From: Soehngenia sp.
GTDB lineage: Bacteria > Bacillota > Clostridia > Tissierellales > Tissierellaceae
Direction of reading: 5' to 3'
Assembly (NCBI GenBank): GCA_024637045.1
Contig: JAGXFX010000018.1
Location: forward strand, 3,817 to 67,816
Length of the DNA stretch: 64,000 nucleotides
Every line of letters starts with the position of its first letter. Position 1 is the first letter of the stretch. The translations under genes and the position numbers were made by a program. The notes under the pieces were generated by a model, which was not told where the DNA came from, did not search any database, and was given only the letters and a program-made list of their open reading frames with translations. Shown here piece by piece: positions 50,148 to 61,089 of this stretch.

Positions 50148-51488
50148 ATGGAGATAAGTATACCCATATATATAGAAAATATTATTGAGAGATTGGAAAA
50201 GGCAGGATTCAGCGTGCATCTTGTAGGTGGTTGTGTAAGAGATTCAATTCTAGGGAAAACACCTGTGGACTATGATCTTGCAACTTCTGCTACACCCGTT
50301 CAGATTATCGCACTATTCAGTGATAAAAAAACCGTTGAATTAGGCAAGGAATATGGAACGGTTGTAATCGTTGAAAAAGAAAGTAATGTAGAGGTCACTA
50401 CTTACAGGATAGATGGAGCTTATTTGGATGGAAGAAGACCAGACAAGGTAGGTTTTACTGAAGACATTTTGGAGGATCTTAGACGTAGGGATTTTACAAT
50501 TAACGCAATTGCGTATCATCCTGATAGAGGGTTGATGGATCCTTTCAATGGGATAGGGGATATAGGAGACAGTTTAGTTCGGAGTGTGGGAAATCCAAGA
50601 GCGAGGCTATCAGAGGATCACTTGCGAATTTTAAGAGCTGTAAGATTTGCCACGCAATTGGATTTTCTAATAGATATCAAGACATCGGAGGCATGCATGG
50701 ATTTGGCTCCTAAACTTGAAACTGTAAGTATTGACAGAATAAGAGATGAACTTTTCAAAATTATTTTAACTAAAAAGCCTTCAAGAGGATTTCTGCTTAT
50801 GAGAAGTCTGGGCATACTTAAAGAAGTCATTCCGGAACTAATACCTGCAATAGGTTTTGATCAACGGAATCCTTATCACGATAGATCCGTATTCCAGCAT
50901 ACTCTTACTGTTATGGACAATACGCCACCTGTTCTCCATGTGAGATTGGCAGCATTGCTTCATGACATTGGCAAACCATATACTTTTACCTTGGATGACA
51001 AAGGTGTGGGGCATTTCTATGGACACGATAAAAAAAGTGTAGAGATTGGAAAAGAGATTCTAACTAGACTTAACTGTTCAACAGAGCTTATAGACTCGAC
51101 ACTAAGACTTGTAAAAGAGCATATGATACATCATCCTGATCTTAAAAAGAAGGGTCTAAAAAGACAACTACAAAGAGTTGGAGAAGACAGAATATATGAC
51201 CTGGTTGATCTTCAAGTAGCTGACAGGCTAAGTAAAAGTGGCAATAAAGATATTTCCAACCTTCTAGCAAAGAAGAAGGCAATAGATTCAATCCTTTATG
51301 CAAAAGAGCCTTTCCGAAGGAAGCATATGGCAATAAATGGTGATGACCTAAAAGAGATGGGTTATACGCAGGGGAAGATCATAGGCAAGATACTGGAGTA
51401 TCTTTTAAATTGTGTATTGGAGAAGCCAGAACTGAACAAGAAGGAAACACTGAAAGATATTGCAAGAGATATTTATCCTTTGGATTAG
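50148..51488 (+). CDS. cca: CCA-adding tRNA nucleotidyltransferase / poly(A) polymerase family with HD domain
   Basis: VGGCVRD...DYD, EVTTYR, RRDFTINA, EDHLRILRA.RF, ALLHDIGKP. Confidence 0.88.
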   Translation: MEISIPIYIENIIERLEKAGFSVHLVGGCVRDSILGKTPVDYDLATSATPVQIIALFSDKKTVELGKEYGTVVIVEKESNVEVTTYRIDGAYLDGRRPDKVGFTEDILEDLRRRDFTINAIAYHPDRGLMDPFNGIGDIGDSLVRSVGNPRARLSEDHLRILRAVRFATQLDFLIDIKTSEACMDLAPKLETVSIDRIRDELFKIILTKKPSRGFLLMRSLGILKEVIPELIPAIGFDQRNPYHDRSVFQHTLTVMDNTPPVLHVRLAALLHDIGKPYTFTLDDKGVGHFYGHDKKSVEIGKEILTRLNCSTELIDSTLRLVKEHMIHHPDLKKKGLKRQLQRVGEDRIYDLVDLQVADRLSKSGNKDISNLLAKKKAIDSILYAKEPFRRKHMAINGDDLKEMGYTQGKIIGKILEYLLNCVLEKPELNKKETLKDIARDIYPLD

Positions 51489-51516
51489 ACAGAACAATGA
51501 TAATGGGGGAATTTAG

Positions 51517-52866
51517 ATGGGAAAACTATTTGGTACTGATGGAGTGAGAGGAGTTGCCAATGAAGAATTGACACCAGAGTTGGCATTTCAGATTGGAAGA
51601 GCAGGAGCATATGTGTTGGCCAGAGAAAAAAAGGGGAAGGTCATCGTTGGTAAGGACACAAGGGTTTCAGGCGATATGCTTGAAGCTGCTTTAACAGCAG
51701 GAATTTGCTCCATGGGATTGGATGTTGAATCTGTTGGAATTATACCGACACCAGCAGTGGCATATCTTACCAGAAAATATGGAGCAGTGGCAGGTGTTGT
51801 TATTTCAGCATCCCATAATCCAGGTGAGTACAATGGAATTAAGTTCTTCAATGGAGAAGGCTTAAAGCTACCAGATTCAACAGAGGAAGAAATAGAAGAC
51901 TTATTGATGAACAAGGGAGAAATAGCAGATAGACCAATTAAGAATCTTATTGGAAGGGTATATATAAACGAGAATGCAGCTTATGATTACAAGGAATTCC
52001 TCAAGTCCACTATTGAAACTGACCTATCGGGAATAAAAATTGCAATGGATTGCGGTCATGGTGCACTGTATGAAATTGGTCCGCAGTTGGTAAAGGAAAT
52101 GGGAGGCGAAGTTTTTGCAATTAATACAGAGCCTGATGGAATGAATATTAATGATGCATGTGGATCCACTAAACCTCAGTTGGTTCAGAGACTTGTGCTG
52201 GAAAAGGGTGCAGATTTAGGTATTGCCTTTGATGGTGATGCAGACAGGATAATAGCAGTAGACGAAAAAGGTGAGATTATTGATGGTGACCATATTCTCG
52301 CGATTTGTAGCAGATACCTTAAGAAGAAAGGTAAACTTGCTAAGGATACTGTTGTAGGAACTGTTATGACCAATATGGGCCTTGATGAATTTCTAGGTAA
52401 TAATGGAATGGAAATTGTAAAAACCGCCGTCGGAGACAGATATATTCTCGAGGAAATGATTAAGGATGGCTATAATCTAGGAGGAGAGCAATCCGGACAT
52501 ATTATATTTCTTGAGTACAACACCACAGGTGACGGTTTGGCAACTGGATTACAGTTAATCCAGGTAATCAAGGAAACAAATGAAAAAGCCTCTGACTTAA
52601 ACTCACTGATGAAGAATTATCCACAAGTACTTGTAAATGCAAAGGTAGAAAATGCATATAAAACAAAGTACATGGAAATTCCTGAAATTAAGGAAGAGAT
52701 ACTGAAGCTTGAGAATTATTTTGCTGGCGAAGGAAGAGTGCTGATAAGACCATCAGGCACAGAACCCCTGGTCAGAGTTATGATTGAAGGAAAGAATCAG
52801 GATACAATATCTAAGAAGGCCCATGAATTAGCTGCATTTATCGAATCAGTGATAGGACCAAAATAA
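51517..52866 (+). CDS. glmM: Phosphoglucosamine mutase
   Basis: LFGTDGVRG, SASHNP, FDGDADR, GGEQSGH, RPSGTEP. Confidence 0.96.
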   Translation: MGKLFGTDGVRGVANEELTPELAFQIGRAGAYVLAREKKGKVIVGKDTRVSGDMLEAALTAGICSMGLDVESVGIIPTPAVAYLTRKYGAVAGVVISASHNPGEYNGIKFFNGEGLKLPDSTEEEIEDLLMNKGEIADRPIKNLIGRVYINENAAYDYKEFLKSTIETDLSGIKIAMDCGHGALYEIGPQLVKEMGGEVFAINTEPDGMNINDACGSTKPQLVQRLVLEKGADLGIAFDGDADRIIAVDEKGEIIDGDHILAICSRYLKKKGKLAKDTVVGTVMTNMGLDEFLGNNGMEIVKTAVGDRYILEEMIKDGYNLGGEQSGHIIFLEYNTTGDGLATGLQLIQVIKETNEKASDLNSLMKNYPQVLVNAKVENAYKTKYMEIPEIKEEILKLENYFAGEGRVLIRPSGTEPLVRVMIEGKNQDTISKKAHELAAFIESVIGPK

Positions 52867-52882
52867 GTCAAGGAGTGATGAA

Positions 52883-53716
52883 ATGGATTACAAAATCGTA
52901 GCAGACAGTAGTTGTGATACAAACGAACAATTGGACAAGTTTATGGAAATACACAAAGTACCGTTCAAGATTGACATCGATGAAAGATCATTTATCGACA
53001 ATGAAGAGCTGGATCTTGAAGATATGGTCAAGACCATGAAGGAAAGCCCAAATCCCATTAAGTCATCCTGTCCTTCACCTGGTGACTTTAAGGAAGCGTA
53101 TGGGGATGCTGAAAATGTATTTGTGGTAACTATTTCCAAAGAACTATCAGGAACATACAACAGTGCTGCGCTTGCAAAGGATATGGCAATGGAGGAGAAT
53201 GAGAATCAGTTTGTTCATGTATTCAATTCCAAGGCTGCAAGTACAGGTGAAACTCTTACTGCCATGAAAATCCAGGAGTGTGTCAACAAGGGTATGACAA
53301 AGGATGAAATCGTTGAAACTGTAGAAAATTACATCAAGGACACAAAGACATTCTTTATATCCGAAGACCTGAGTAATCTTATCAAGAATGGAAGAATATC
53401 GAAGACACAGGGTCTGATTGCAAATGTATTGAATATCAAACCCATTATGCGAAGAGATGAAGAGGGTAACATTGAGCCTGTGGAAAAAATCAGGGGCAGC
53501 AAAAAGGCATTCAAACGACTAGCAGAAGTGATTGGTGAAAATGGATCCAATTTTGAGGAGACAGTTATTGCCATATCTCATGCAAATGCTTTGGATAAAG
53601 CTATGGAGTTGAAAAAGGACCTCGAAAAGTATAATTTCAAGGAAGTAGTAATCGTGGAAACCAAAGGCTTATCAACAGCTTATGTAAATGATGGAGGAAT
53701 AATAGTCTCCTTTTAA
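52883..53716 (+). CDS. DegV-family fatty-acid-binding protein
   Basis: IVADSSCD, SSCPSPG, ISKELSGTY.SA, L.NL.KNGRI. Confidence 0.9.
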   Translation: MDYKIVADSSCDTNEQLDKFMEIHKVPFKIDIDERSFIDNEELDLEDMVKTMKESPNPIKSSCPSPGDFKEAYGDAENVFVVTISKELSGTYNSAALAKDMAMEENENQFVHVFNSKAASTGETLTAMKIQECVNKGMTKDEIVETVENYIKDTKTFFISEDLSNLIKNGRISKTQGLIANVLNIKPIMRRDEEGNIEPVEKIRGSKKAFKRLAEVIGENGSNFEETVIAISHANALDKAMELKKDLEKYNFKEVVIVETKGLSTAYVNDGGIIVSF

Positions 53717-53743
53717 TGGTCAAAAATAGCACCCGGAAAATGT

Positions 53744-53771
53744 TTGACAAATCATTTTTGGGTGCTATAAT
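53744..53771 (+). promoter_or_regulatory. SigA promoter of tRNA-Leu
   Basis: TTGACA-16 bp-TATAAT with extended TG. Confidence 0.8.
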
Positions 53772-53805
53772 AGTAAGAGTGAGTGATATTCACTTAACGT
53801 TTTAT

Positions 53806-53889
53806 GCGGGAATGGCGGAATTGGCAGACGCGCTAGACTTAGGATCTAGTGTCATTGACGTGGGGGTTCAAGTCCTCTTTCCCGCACCA
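53806..53889 (+). tRNA. tRNA-Leu (anticodon TAG), encoded CCA end
   Basis: Acceptor GCGGGAA/TTCCCGC, anticodon arm CTAGA-CTTAGGA-TCTAG, long variable arm, GGTTCAAGTCC T-arm. Confidence 0.97.
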
Positions 53890-53894
53890 GATTT

Positions 53895-53923
53895 AACCAG
53901 TGGTTATTGCCATTGGTTTTTTT
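53895..53923 (+). terminator. Terminator after tRNA-Leu
   Basis: AACCAGTGG/CCATTGGTT plus T-tract. Confidence 0.78.
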
Positions 53924-54015
53924 ATTGTACCAAAACAGCACCTAATATGTTATAATATTATGATGAGACTAAAATTCGGAACAGAATTAAAAAAATACAC
54001 TAGGGGGTTCATTGA

Positions 54016-55311
54016 ATGAAGGCAGTTTTTGAGAAAAAAGAAAAAAATTCGGTACACTTTAATATGGAATTACCAGCAGGTGATTTTGAGAAAGCACTAC
54101 AACAAGCTTATCTGAAGGATAGAGGGAAATTTAACATTCCTGGATTCAGAAAAGGCAAAGTGCCAAGAAAGATCATAGAAATGAATTATGGAGAAGAAAT
54201 CTTCTTTGAGGATGCAATAAACATACTTCTTCCAGAAGCTTATTCCAATGCAGTTGAGGAACTCCAACTGGAGCCTGTTGATAGTCCGGAAGTTGACGTA
54301 GAGGAAATAAAACTTGGAGAACCTATAAAGGTAAATTTCAACGTTGAAGTTAAGCCTGAGGTTAAGTTGGGTGACTACAGTGAGATTGAGCTCGAAAAGG
54401 TTGATTATTCAGCTACTGATGAAATGGTTCAGGCAGAGCTGGATAAAGCAAGAGATATGAACGCAAGGATGGTTGATGCTGGAGACAGAGAAGTACAGGA
54501 AGGCGACATCCTAACAATAGATTTTGCAGGATATGTTGATGATGAGCAGTTCCCTGGAGGAACAGCTGAAGATCAGACGCTTGAAATCGGAGCAGGACAG
54601 TTTATTCCTGGATTTGAAGAAGGTCTTGTTGGAAAGTCAAAAGGTGAAGAAGTAGAAGTAGAGGTAACATTTCCTGAGGACTACCAGGAAGAATCACTTA
54701 AAGGAAAACCTGCAATTTTCAAAGTAACAATAAAAGAGATTAAAACTAAAGAGCTTCCTGAACTTGATGATGAGTTTGCAAAGGATGTAAGTGAATTTGA
54801 TACTCTTGAAGAATACAAAAATAGCTTAAAGGAAGAACTTGAAAAGTCACTTGAGAGCCAGGAGAAAATTGAAACGGAAAACAATTTGGTAGACAAGGTT
54901 GTTGAAATGTCAGAAGTTGAGATTCCTGAAGCGATGATACAGTCACAAGTGGAAAATGAAATCAAAGACTTTGAATACAGAATAAAAAATCAGGGGTTTG
55001 AAATGGATAAGTATCTCGAGTTGACAGGTACTACCATGAATGATCTTGAACTGAATTTCAGACCAATGGCAGAGAAGAGAGTCAAGGCTGATCTTGTTCT
55101 TGAAGCAATTGGAGAAGCTGAAGGAGTTCAGGTAACAGATGAGGATCTTGATGCTGAGCTGGAGAAACTTGCAGAACAGTACAATCAAGTAGAAAACAAA
55201 GAAAACTTCATTGATCAAATGAAAAAAGGAGATTTAGGTTTCCTAAAAGCGGGTATATCTAATACCAAGGTTTTGGAGTTACTGAAGGATAAAGTTAAGT
55301 ATATTGATTAG
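54016..55311 (+). CDS. tig: Trigger factor
   Basis: Ribosome-binding signature [10 protein letters not shown]; FKBP domain FIPGFEE. Confidence 0.97.
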   Translation: MKAVFEKKEKNSVHFNMELPAGDFEKALQQAYLKDRGKFNIPGFRKGKVPRKIIEMNYGEEIFFEDAINILLPEAYSNAVEELQLEPVDSPEVDVEEIKLGEPIKVNFNVEVKPEVKLGDYSEIELEKVDYSATDEMVQAELDKARDMNARMVDAGDREVQEGDILTIDFAGYVDDEQFPGGTAEDQTLEIGAGQFIPGFEEGLVGKSKGEEVEVEVTFPEDYQEESLKGKPAIFKVTIKEIKTKELPELDDEFAKDVSEFDTLEEYKNSLKEELEKSLESQEKIETENNLVDKVVEMSEVEIPEAMIQSQVENEIKDFEYRIKNQGFEMDKYLELTGTTMNDLELNFRPMAEKRVKADLVLEAIGEAEGVQVTDEDLDAELEKLAEQYNQVENKENFIDQMKKGDLGFLKAGISNTKVLELLKDKVKYID

Positions 55312-55322
55312 GAGGATTTAAT

Positions 55323-55907
55323 ATGTCATTGGTTCCAATAGTTGTAGAACAGACTAACAGAGGCGAAAGGTCATATGATATCTACTCGAGATTGTTAAAG
55401 GATAGGATTATAATTCTTGGTTCAGAAGTCAACGATACAGTAGCAGATTTGGTTGTTGCTCAGTTGCTGTTTCTTGAAGCAGATGACCCAGAAAAGGATA
55501 TCCAGATATATATAAACAGCCCAGGTGGATCTGTAAGTGCAGGATTTGCAATATATGATACAATACAATATATAAAGCCGGACGTCACTACAATATGTAT
55601 AGGTAGAGCTGCAAGCATGGGAGCATTCCTACTGGCAGCAGGGACTAAAGGCAAGAGATTCGCGTTGCCTAACTCAGACATTATGATTCATCAGCCATTG
55701 GGTGGAACTCAAGGTCAAGCTGAGGATATTAGGATACAGGCAGAAAAAATAATTGAAATCAGGGAAAGAATTAACAGAATATTATCTGAAAGAACTGGAC
55801 AACCCCTGGAAAGAATAGCAAAGGATACAGACAGGGATTATTATATGAGTGCTACAGCAGCTGTAGAGTATGGAATAATCGATGCTGTTATGGAGAGAAA
55901 GAAATAA
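55323..55907 (+). CDS. clpP: ATP-dependent Clp protease proteolytic subunit
   Basis: [34 protein letters not shown]. Confidence 0.98.
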   Translation: MSLVPIVVEQTNRGERSYDIYSRLLKDRIIILGSEVNDTVADLVVAQLLFLEADDPEKDIQIYINSPGGSVSAGFAIYDTIQYIKPDVTTICIGRAASMGAFLLAAGTKGKRFALPNSDIMIHQPLGGTQGQAEDIRIQAEKIIEIRERINRILSERTGQPLERIAKDTDRDYYMSATAAVEYGIIDAVMERKK

Positions 55908-55918
55908 GAGGTGATTCC

Positions 55919-57196
55919 ATGGCAAAGAATGAAGACAAGCAATTAAGATGCTCGTTCTGCGGAAAACCACAGGATCAGGTAAAAAGACTTATAGCAGGTC
56001 CGAATGTATATATCTGCAATGAGTGTATTGAGCTGTGTCAGGAGATAATCGACGAAGAATTCGTAGATTATAACCAGGAGTACGAGTTAAGCGAGCTACC
56101 CAAACCTTCAACAATTAAAGATACTCTTGATGAGTATGTAATCCAGCAGGAGAGGGCTAAGAGAAATCTTGCAGTGGCAGTTTATAACCATTACAAGAGA
56201 ATAAATAAAAAGGCATCAAAATCAGAAGAAGTTGAGTTGCAAAAAAGTAATATTCTGATGATCGGACCAACCGGTTCAGGAAAGACATTACTTGCTCAGA
56301 CTTTAGCCAGAATTTTAAACGTTCCTTTTGCAATAGCAGACGCGACGTCCTTGACGGAAGCCGGTTATGTAGGAGAGGATGTTGAAAACATAATTCTGAA
56401 GCTTATTCAAGCTGCTGATTATGATATTGAGAAGGCAGAAAAGGGTATAGTATATATAGATGAAATAGACAAGGTAGCCAGGAAGACGGAAAATCCTTCG
56501 ATTACCAGAGATGTAAGTGGTGAAGGAGTCCAACAAGCCTTGCTTAAAATTCTTGAAGGTACTGTTGCAAATGTTCCGCCTCAGGGTGGCAGAAAGCATC
56601 CACATCAGGAATTCATTCAGATTGACACCACTAACATTCTGTTTATTGTCGGTGGAGCTTTTGATGGTCTTGACAACCTAATACAGTCAAGAGTTGGTAA
56701 AAAGACAATGGGATTTGGAGCTGAAGTTAAGTCAATAAAGAAAAACATTGGAGAGCTTTTAAAGCAAATCCAGCCAGAGGATCTTATTAAATTCGGTTTA
56801 ATTCCTGAGTTTGTAGGAAGATTGCCAGTTATAGCAACTTTGGAAGAACTTGACGAAAATGCTCTTGTAAGAATTCTTACAGAACCTAAAAACGCTCTCG
56901 TCAAGCAATATACTGAGCTGTTCAGCATGGATGGAATAGAGCTTGAATTTGAAGAAGAGGCTCTTTCAATCATTGCCAAAAAAGCAATCGAGAGAAAAAC
57001 AGGCGCCAGAGGATTAAGAAGTATAATTGAAGAAAAAATGCTTGATATAATGTATGAGCTTCCTACCAGAGAAGACGTTCAAAAATGCATTATAACTAAG
57101 GATACAATTGAAAATGGAACAGAGCCTACGCTTGTGCTTTCAGACAAGAAAAAAAGTAGGACAAAAGAAAATAGCAGTAAGGAATCTGCATCTTAA
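55919..57196 (+). CDS. clpX: ATP-dependent Clp protease ATP-binding subunit
   Basis: Zn-binding [37 protein letters not shown]. Confidence 0.98.
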   Translation: MAKNEDKQLRCSFCGKPQDQVKRLIAGPNVYICNECIELCQEIIDEEFVDYNQEYELSELPKPSTIKDTLDEYVIQQERAKRNLAVAVYNHYKRINKKASKSEEVELQKSNILMIGPTGSGKTLLAQTLARILNVPFAIADATSLTEAGYVGEDVENIILKLIQAADYDIEKAEKGIVYIDEIDKVARKTENPSITRDVSGEGVQQALLKILEGTVANVPPQGGRKHPHQEFIQIDTTNILFIVGGAFDGLDNLIQSRVGKKTMGFGAEVKSIKKNIGELLKQIQPEDLIKFGLIPEFVGRLPVIATLEELDENALVRILTEPKNALVKQYTELFSMDGIELEFEEEALSIIAKKAIERKTGARGLRSIIEEKMLDIMYELPTREDVQKCIITKDTIENGTEPTLVLSDKKKSRTKENSSKESAS

Positions 57197-57222
57197 AGGC
57201 TCACAACTGTGAGCTTTTATTT
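57195..57222 (+). terminator. Weak terminator between clpX and lon
   Basis: GCTCAC-AACT-GTGAGC plus TTTTATTTT. Confidence 0.55.
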
Positions 57223-57242
57223 TGCATTTAGGAGTGACGAAA

Positions 57243-59597
57243 ATGAATAACCCTTATTTAATAGAAGAGAAAAAACTTCCTTTGATACCATTGAGAGGAA
57301 TATCAATTTTTCCTCATATGGTAATACATTTTGATGTTGGAAGAGAAAAATCAGTGCAAGCTCTTGAAAAATCAATGATGGACGATTCACTGATCCTGTT
57401 GTGTACTCAGATAAATCCAAAGGTTGAAGAACCTGGCTTTGATGATTTTTACCACGTTGGAACAATATCCAAGGTAAAACAAATGCTAAAGCTTCCAGGA
57501 GGTAGTATAAGAGTTTTGGTTGAGGGAATAAACAGAGGCAAAGTCAAGAGTCTAAGTCAAGAGGAACCATACTTTGAAGCTGTTGCGGATATTTACAGTT
57601 ATGAAAGTGAAGAATTTGAGCAGAGTCAGGATCTAGAGGCTGCTATGAGACTAGTCGTTGAAGACCTTGAGGAATACATTAGTCTTAACCCAAAGGTTTC
57701 TTCAGAGGTTCTGTACACAATATCTGATATTGAAGATCCAGGCAGACTTGCCGATGTAATTGCATCATATGTTTTCCTTAAGCAAGAGGATGATCAGAAA
57801 ATTCTCCAGACATTTGATTTTTTTGAAAGACTTGAACACCTTCATGAGATTCTACAAAAGGAGATTGAGCTTTTAAGAATTGAGGAAAAAATAAATCAAA
57901 GAGTTAAAAAACAGATAAACAAGGTACAAAAAGATTATTATCTTAAGGAGCAAATCAAAGCGATTCAGAAAGAACTTGGAGAGGATGACAGCTTTTCTGG
58001 AGAAATCGAAGAGTATCAGAAAAAAATCAAGAAAATAAAAATGCCTAAGGAAGTAAAGGAAAAGGCATTAAAAGAAGTTGAGAGGTTGGCAAAAACTTCA
58101 CCACATTCAGCAGAAGTTGGAGTCATTAGAACTTACCTTGACTGGATAGTAGAACTACCTTGGGACAAGGAAACCAAGGAGAAAATAGATATAAAGGTAG
58201 CTAGAGAAATACTTGATAATGATCACTATGGTCTTCAGGATGTTAAAGAAAGGATTCTTGAGTTTATTGCAATAAGGAAGCTTACTAACTCAATTAAAGG
58301 TCCAATACTATGTCTGGTAGGTCCTCCTGGAGTAGGTAAGACATCAATTGCTCGATCAATTGCATCATCATTGAACAGAAACTTCGTAAGGATGTCTTTG
58401 GGTGGCGTAAGAGATGAAGCTGAAATCAGAGGTCATAGAAGGACTTACGTTGGAAGTATGCCTGGAAGAATAATCAGTTTAATCAAGAAATCAGGCACTA
58501 GAAATCCGGTGTTTTTATTTGATGAAATTGACAAGCTTGCAAGTGATTTTAGAGGGGACCCAGCAAGTGCACTACTGGAGGTGTTGGATCCTGAACAGAA
58601 CTCAACATTCACAGACCATTTCCTTGAAGCACCTTTTGACTTATCAAAGGTAATGTTTATCACTACTGCAAATACAACATCATCCATACCTGCTGCTCTT
58701 TTGGATAGGATGGAGGTTATTAGAATCAGTGGTTACACTGAGGAAGAAAAGCTACAAATTGCAAAGATATATCTTCTTCCAAAACAAATGAAGGAACACG
58801 GATTAAAAGATGGTCAGCTCAAATTATCTGATGCAGCGCTAAGAGCTGTAATAAACTATTACACCAGAGAGGCTGGAGTCAGAAATCTTGAAAGAAATAT
58901 TGCAAATCTATGTCGAAAAGTTGCAAAAAAAATTGTTGAAGATGGAAAGAAATCCGTAACGATAAATGCTGGTAATATTACAACATATCTTGGAACAAAA
59001 AAATTCAGATATGACAAACTTGAAGAAAAGAATCAAATAGGGGTAGCCAATGGCCTTGCATGGACTGCTGTAGGTGGAGAAACATTGTCGGTAGAGGTTA
59101 CTTCAATGAAAGGTACAGGTAAGACCCAACTAACTGGTAAGCTGGGAGATGTAATGAAGGAATCTGCAATGGCTGGCATCAGTTATGTAAGAGCCAATGC
59201 AGAGAGATTGAATATTTCACCTGATTTTTACAAGGATGTGGATATTCACATACACGTACCTGAAGGAGCTATTCCAAAGGATGGGCCATCTGCAGGAATA
59301 ACAATAGCAACTGCTGTTATTTCAGCATTAACAGAAAGACCTGTTCTTAGAGAAGTTGCAATGACTGGTGAAATTACTCTAAGAGGTAGGGTGTTGCCAG
59401 TAGGGGGTATAAAGGAGAAACTGCTTGCTGCCCATAGGATGGGAATAGAAAAGGTACTTCTACCCTTTGACAACAATAAGGATTTGGAAGAAATCCCAGA
59501 CAAGATAAAGAAGAAAATGGAATTTGTACTGGTAGAAAATCTGGATCAGGTTCTTGAACATGCACTGGAAAAGGGTGACAGCGATGAAAATAATTAG
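57243..59597 (+). CDS. lon: Lon protease (LonA)
   Basis: LPLIPLRG, GPPGVGKTS, GGVRDEAEIRGHRRTY, catalytic PKDGPSAG. Confidence 0.97.
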   Translation: MNNPYLIEEKKLPLIPLRGISIFPHMVIHFDVGREKSVQALEKSMMDDSLILLCTQINPKVEEPGFDDFYHVGTISKVKQMLKLPGGSIRVLVEGINRGKVKSLSQEEPYFEAVADIYSYESEEFEQSQDLEAAMRLVVEDLEEYISLNPKVSSEVLYTISDIEDPGRLADVIASYVFLKQEDDQKILQTFDFFERLEHLHEILQKEIELLRIEEKINQRVKKQINKVQKDYYLKEQIKAIQKELGEDDSFSGEIEEYQKKIKKIKMPKEVKEKALKEVERLAKTSPHSAEVGVIRTYLDWIVELPWDKETKEKIDIKVAREILDNDHYGLQDVKERILEFIAIRKLTNSIKGPILCLVGPPGVGKTSIARSIASSLNRNFVRMSLGGVRDEAEIRGHRRTYVGSMPGRIISLIKKSGTRNPVFLFDEIDKLASDFRGDPASALLEVLDPEQNSTFTDHFLEAPFDLSKVMFITTANTTSSIPAALLDRMEVIRISGYTEEEKLQIAKIYLLPKQMKEHGLKDGQLKLSDAALRAVINYYTREAGVRNLERNIANLCRKVAKKIVEDGKKSVTINAGNITTYLGTKKFRYDKLEEKNQIGVANGLAWTAVGGETLSVEVTSMKGTGKTQLTGKLGDVMKESAMAGISYVRANAERLNISPDFYKDVDIHIHVPEGAIPKDGPSAGITIATAVISALTERPVLREVAMTGEITLRGRVLPVGGIKEKLLAAHRMGIEKVLLPFDNNKDLEEIPDKIKKKMEFVLVENLDQVLEHALEKGDSDENN

Positions 59598-60186
59598 TTC
59601 AGATCTTCAGGCAATGGCAGTTGCTCCAAAGGGATACCCGGAAGACGGATTTCCTGAGCTCGCATTTGCTGGAAGGTCAAATGTTGGCAAATCATCATTT
59701 ATTAATGCAATGCTTAATAGAACAAACCTTGCTAGAACCAGTGGAAAGCCTGGTAAGACAAGAACTATCAACTTTTACCTGATTAATGAGAATTTCAGGT
59801 TTGTTGACTTACCTGGGTATGGGTATGCTCAGGTATCAAAATCAGAGAGGAAAAAGTGGGGAGACATTATTGAGAAATACTTAAGAAAAAGAGATAATCT
59901 CAAGGCTGTAGTACTCTTGGTTGACATCAGACACAAGCCTTCCGGACAAGATGTGGACATGTATCATTGGATTAAGAGCTTTCATTATAATGCAATAATT
60001 GTTGCCACAAAGGCAGATAAAATAGCACGTGGACAGTGGGAAAGACACATGAAAATAATCAGGGAAGAATTGGAGATAGAGGGGAATGACATAGTGGTAC
60101 CTTTTTCATCATCCAAGAAGCTTAACGTTGATAAGCTCTGGGAAATATTCGAGCCAATGCTTGTCCAACACGATAATATAATATAA
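59584..60186 (+). CDS. yihA: Ribosome-biogenesis GTPase YihA/EngB (YsxC)
   Basis: GRSNVGKSS, PGKT, DLPGYG, TKADK. Confidence 0.96.
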   Translation: MKIISSDLQAMAVAPKGYPEDGFPELAFAGRSNVGKSSFINAMLNRTNLARTSGKPGKTRTINFYLINENFRFVDLPGYGYAQVSKSERKKWGDIIEKYLRKRDNLKAVVLLVDIRHKPSGQDVDMYHWIKSFHYNAIIVATKADKIARGQWERHMKIIREELEIEGNDIVVPFSSSKKLNVDKLWEIFEPMLVQHDNII

Positions 60187-60188
60187 AC

Positions 60189-60220
60189 AAAAAAAGAGCC
60201 ATGGTTACCACTGGCTCTTT
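60189..60220. terminator. Bidirectional terminator between yihA and rubredoxin
   Basis: AAAGAGCCA/TGGCTCTTT inverted repeat with A-tract. Confidence 0.75.
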
Positions 60221-60230
60221 GTAAGTACTA

Positions 60231-60389
60231 TTACTCTTTTTCGAACATGTCCTTAGTTGCTCCACATACGGGGCAAACCCAATCTTCCGGAAGATCTTCA
60301 AAAGCTGTTCCTGGTGCTATACCTCCATCTGGATCTCCTTCAGCAGGATCATAAACGTATCCGCATGGTCCACATACCCATTTATCCAT
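60231..60389 (-). CDS. Rubredoxin (52 aa; not in ORF track)
   Basis: Manual translation [52 protein letters not shown]; AAAGGAG RBS. Confidence 0.97.
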   Translation of the reverse strand: MDKWVCGPCGYVYDPAEGDPDGGIAPGTAFEDLPEDWVCPVCGATKDMFEKE

Positions 60390-60550
60390 TATGCATTCTC
60401 CTTTCATAAGTGAATTTACTTAGTTACCTTATTATACCATATTTTCTAGAGATTAAACATTTAAATTTTGTAAAAGTAACTGTTAAATTAGATTATAATG
60501 CTGTAGAAGGGGTAAAAACTATATGACTAGATAATTTGGATGTGATAGCG

Positions 60551-60940
60551 ATGAACTATAATTACAAAGGTACAGTCTGCAGTGATTTGGAAACCATAAA
60601 ATCCTTTATCGACCAGACTGTAAGCAATCTCGACAGTTTAATATCTGATAGTGACCTGATTTTCGATATTAAGGTTATTCTCAATGAACTTATTGTCAAC
60701 GGAGCACTCCATGGCAACGAATGTGTGCCCTCAAAATGCATTAGTTTGACCTTGAAAATGAACAGTAAAACACTTACTATAGAGGTTCAGGATGAAGGGA
60801 ATGGAATCGATTACGATCCAGAGGAATATAAATCAAAAGAACTTAAGTCCTGGGGTAGAGGTTTGGTTTTGGTAAACGGGCTTTCAGATGAGTTTTATGT
60901 AGACAGAAATAAGGTTGTATCTGTAAAGAATATAGTTTAG
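60551..60940 (+). CDS. RsbW/SpoIIAB-like HATPase_c protein (anti-sigma-type kinase fold)
   Basis: N-box ELIVNGALHG, G1 DEGNGID, G2 GRGL; start codon uncertain (60536-60551). Confidence 0.8.
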   Translation: MNYNYKGTVCSDLETIKSFIDQTVSNLDSLISDSDLIFDIKVILNELIVNGALHGNECVPSKCISLTLKMNSKTLTIEVQDEGNGIDYDPEEYKSKELKSWGRGLVLVNGLSDEFYVDRNKVVSVKNIV

Positions 60941-60967
60941 GGACTAATAGTATTCGATTTTAATTTG

Positions 60968-61018
60968 ATTCTTAGTATTATCCCAAACCTGGGATAATAC
61001 TAAGAATTTTGTATTTTT
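60968..61018 (+). terminator. Long-stem terminator after the RsbW-like gene
   Basis: Perfect 18-bp inverted repeat ATTCTTAGTATTATCCCA/TGGGATAATACTAAGAAT, then T-rich. Confidence 0.75.
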
Positions 61019-61089
61019 TGCAAAAGTATGATAGTATTATAAAGTTAAGCATATGATAATTTATTTATAGAAGGGATTTGTAATATTTT

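Noticed and set aside
53716-53955. 79-aa plus-strand ORF after DegV
   Set aside because: It overlaps the tRNA-Leu gene, its promoter and its terminator; spurious.
53806-53955. tRNA-Leu as an integration site of an island or prophage
   Set aside because: No integrase, no duplicated tRNA 3' end seen, and the flanks are housekeeping genes.
60968-61007. Perfect 18-bp inverted repeat as a MITE or REP element
   Set aside because: Single copy in the window, 4-nt loop, T-rich tail right after a stop codon; a terminator explains it.
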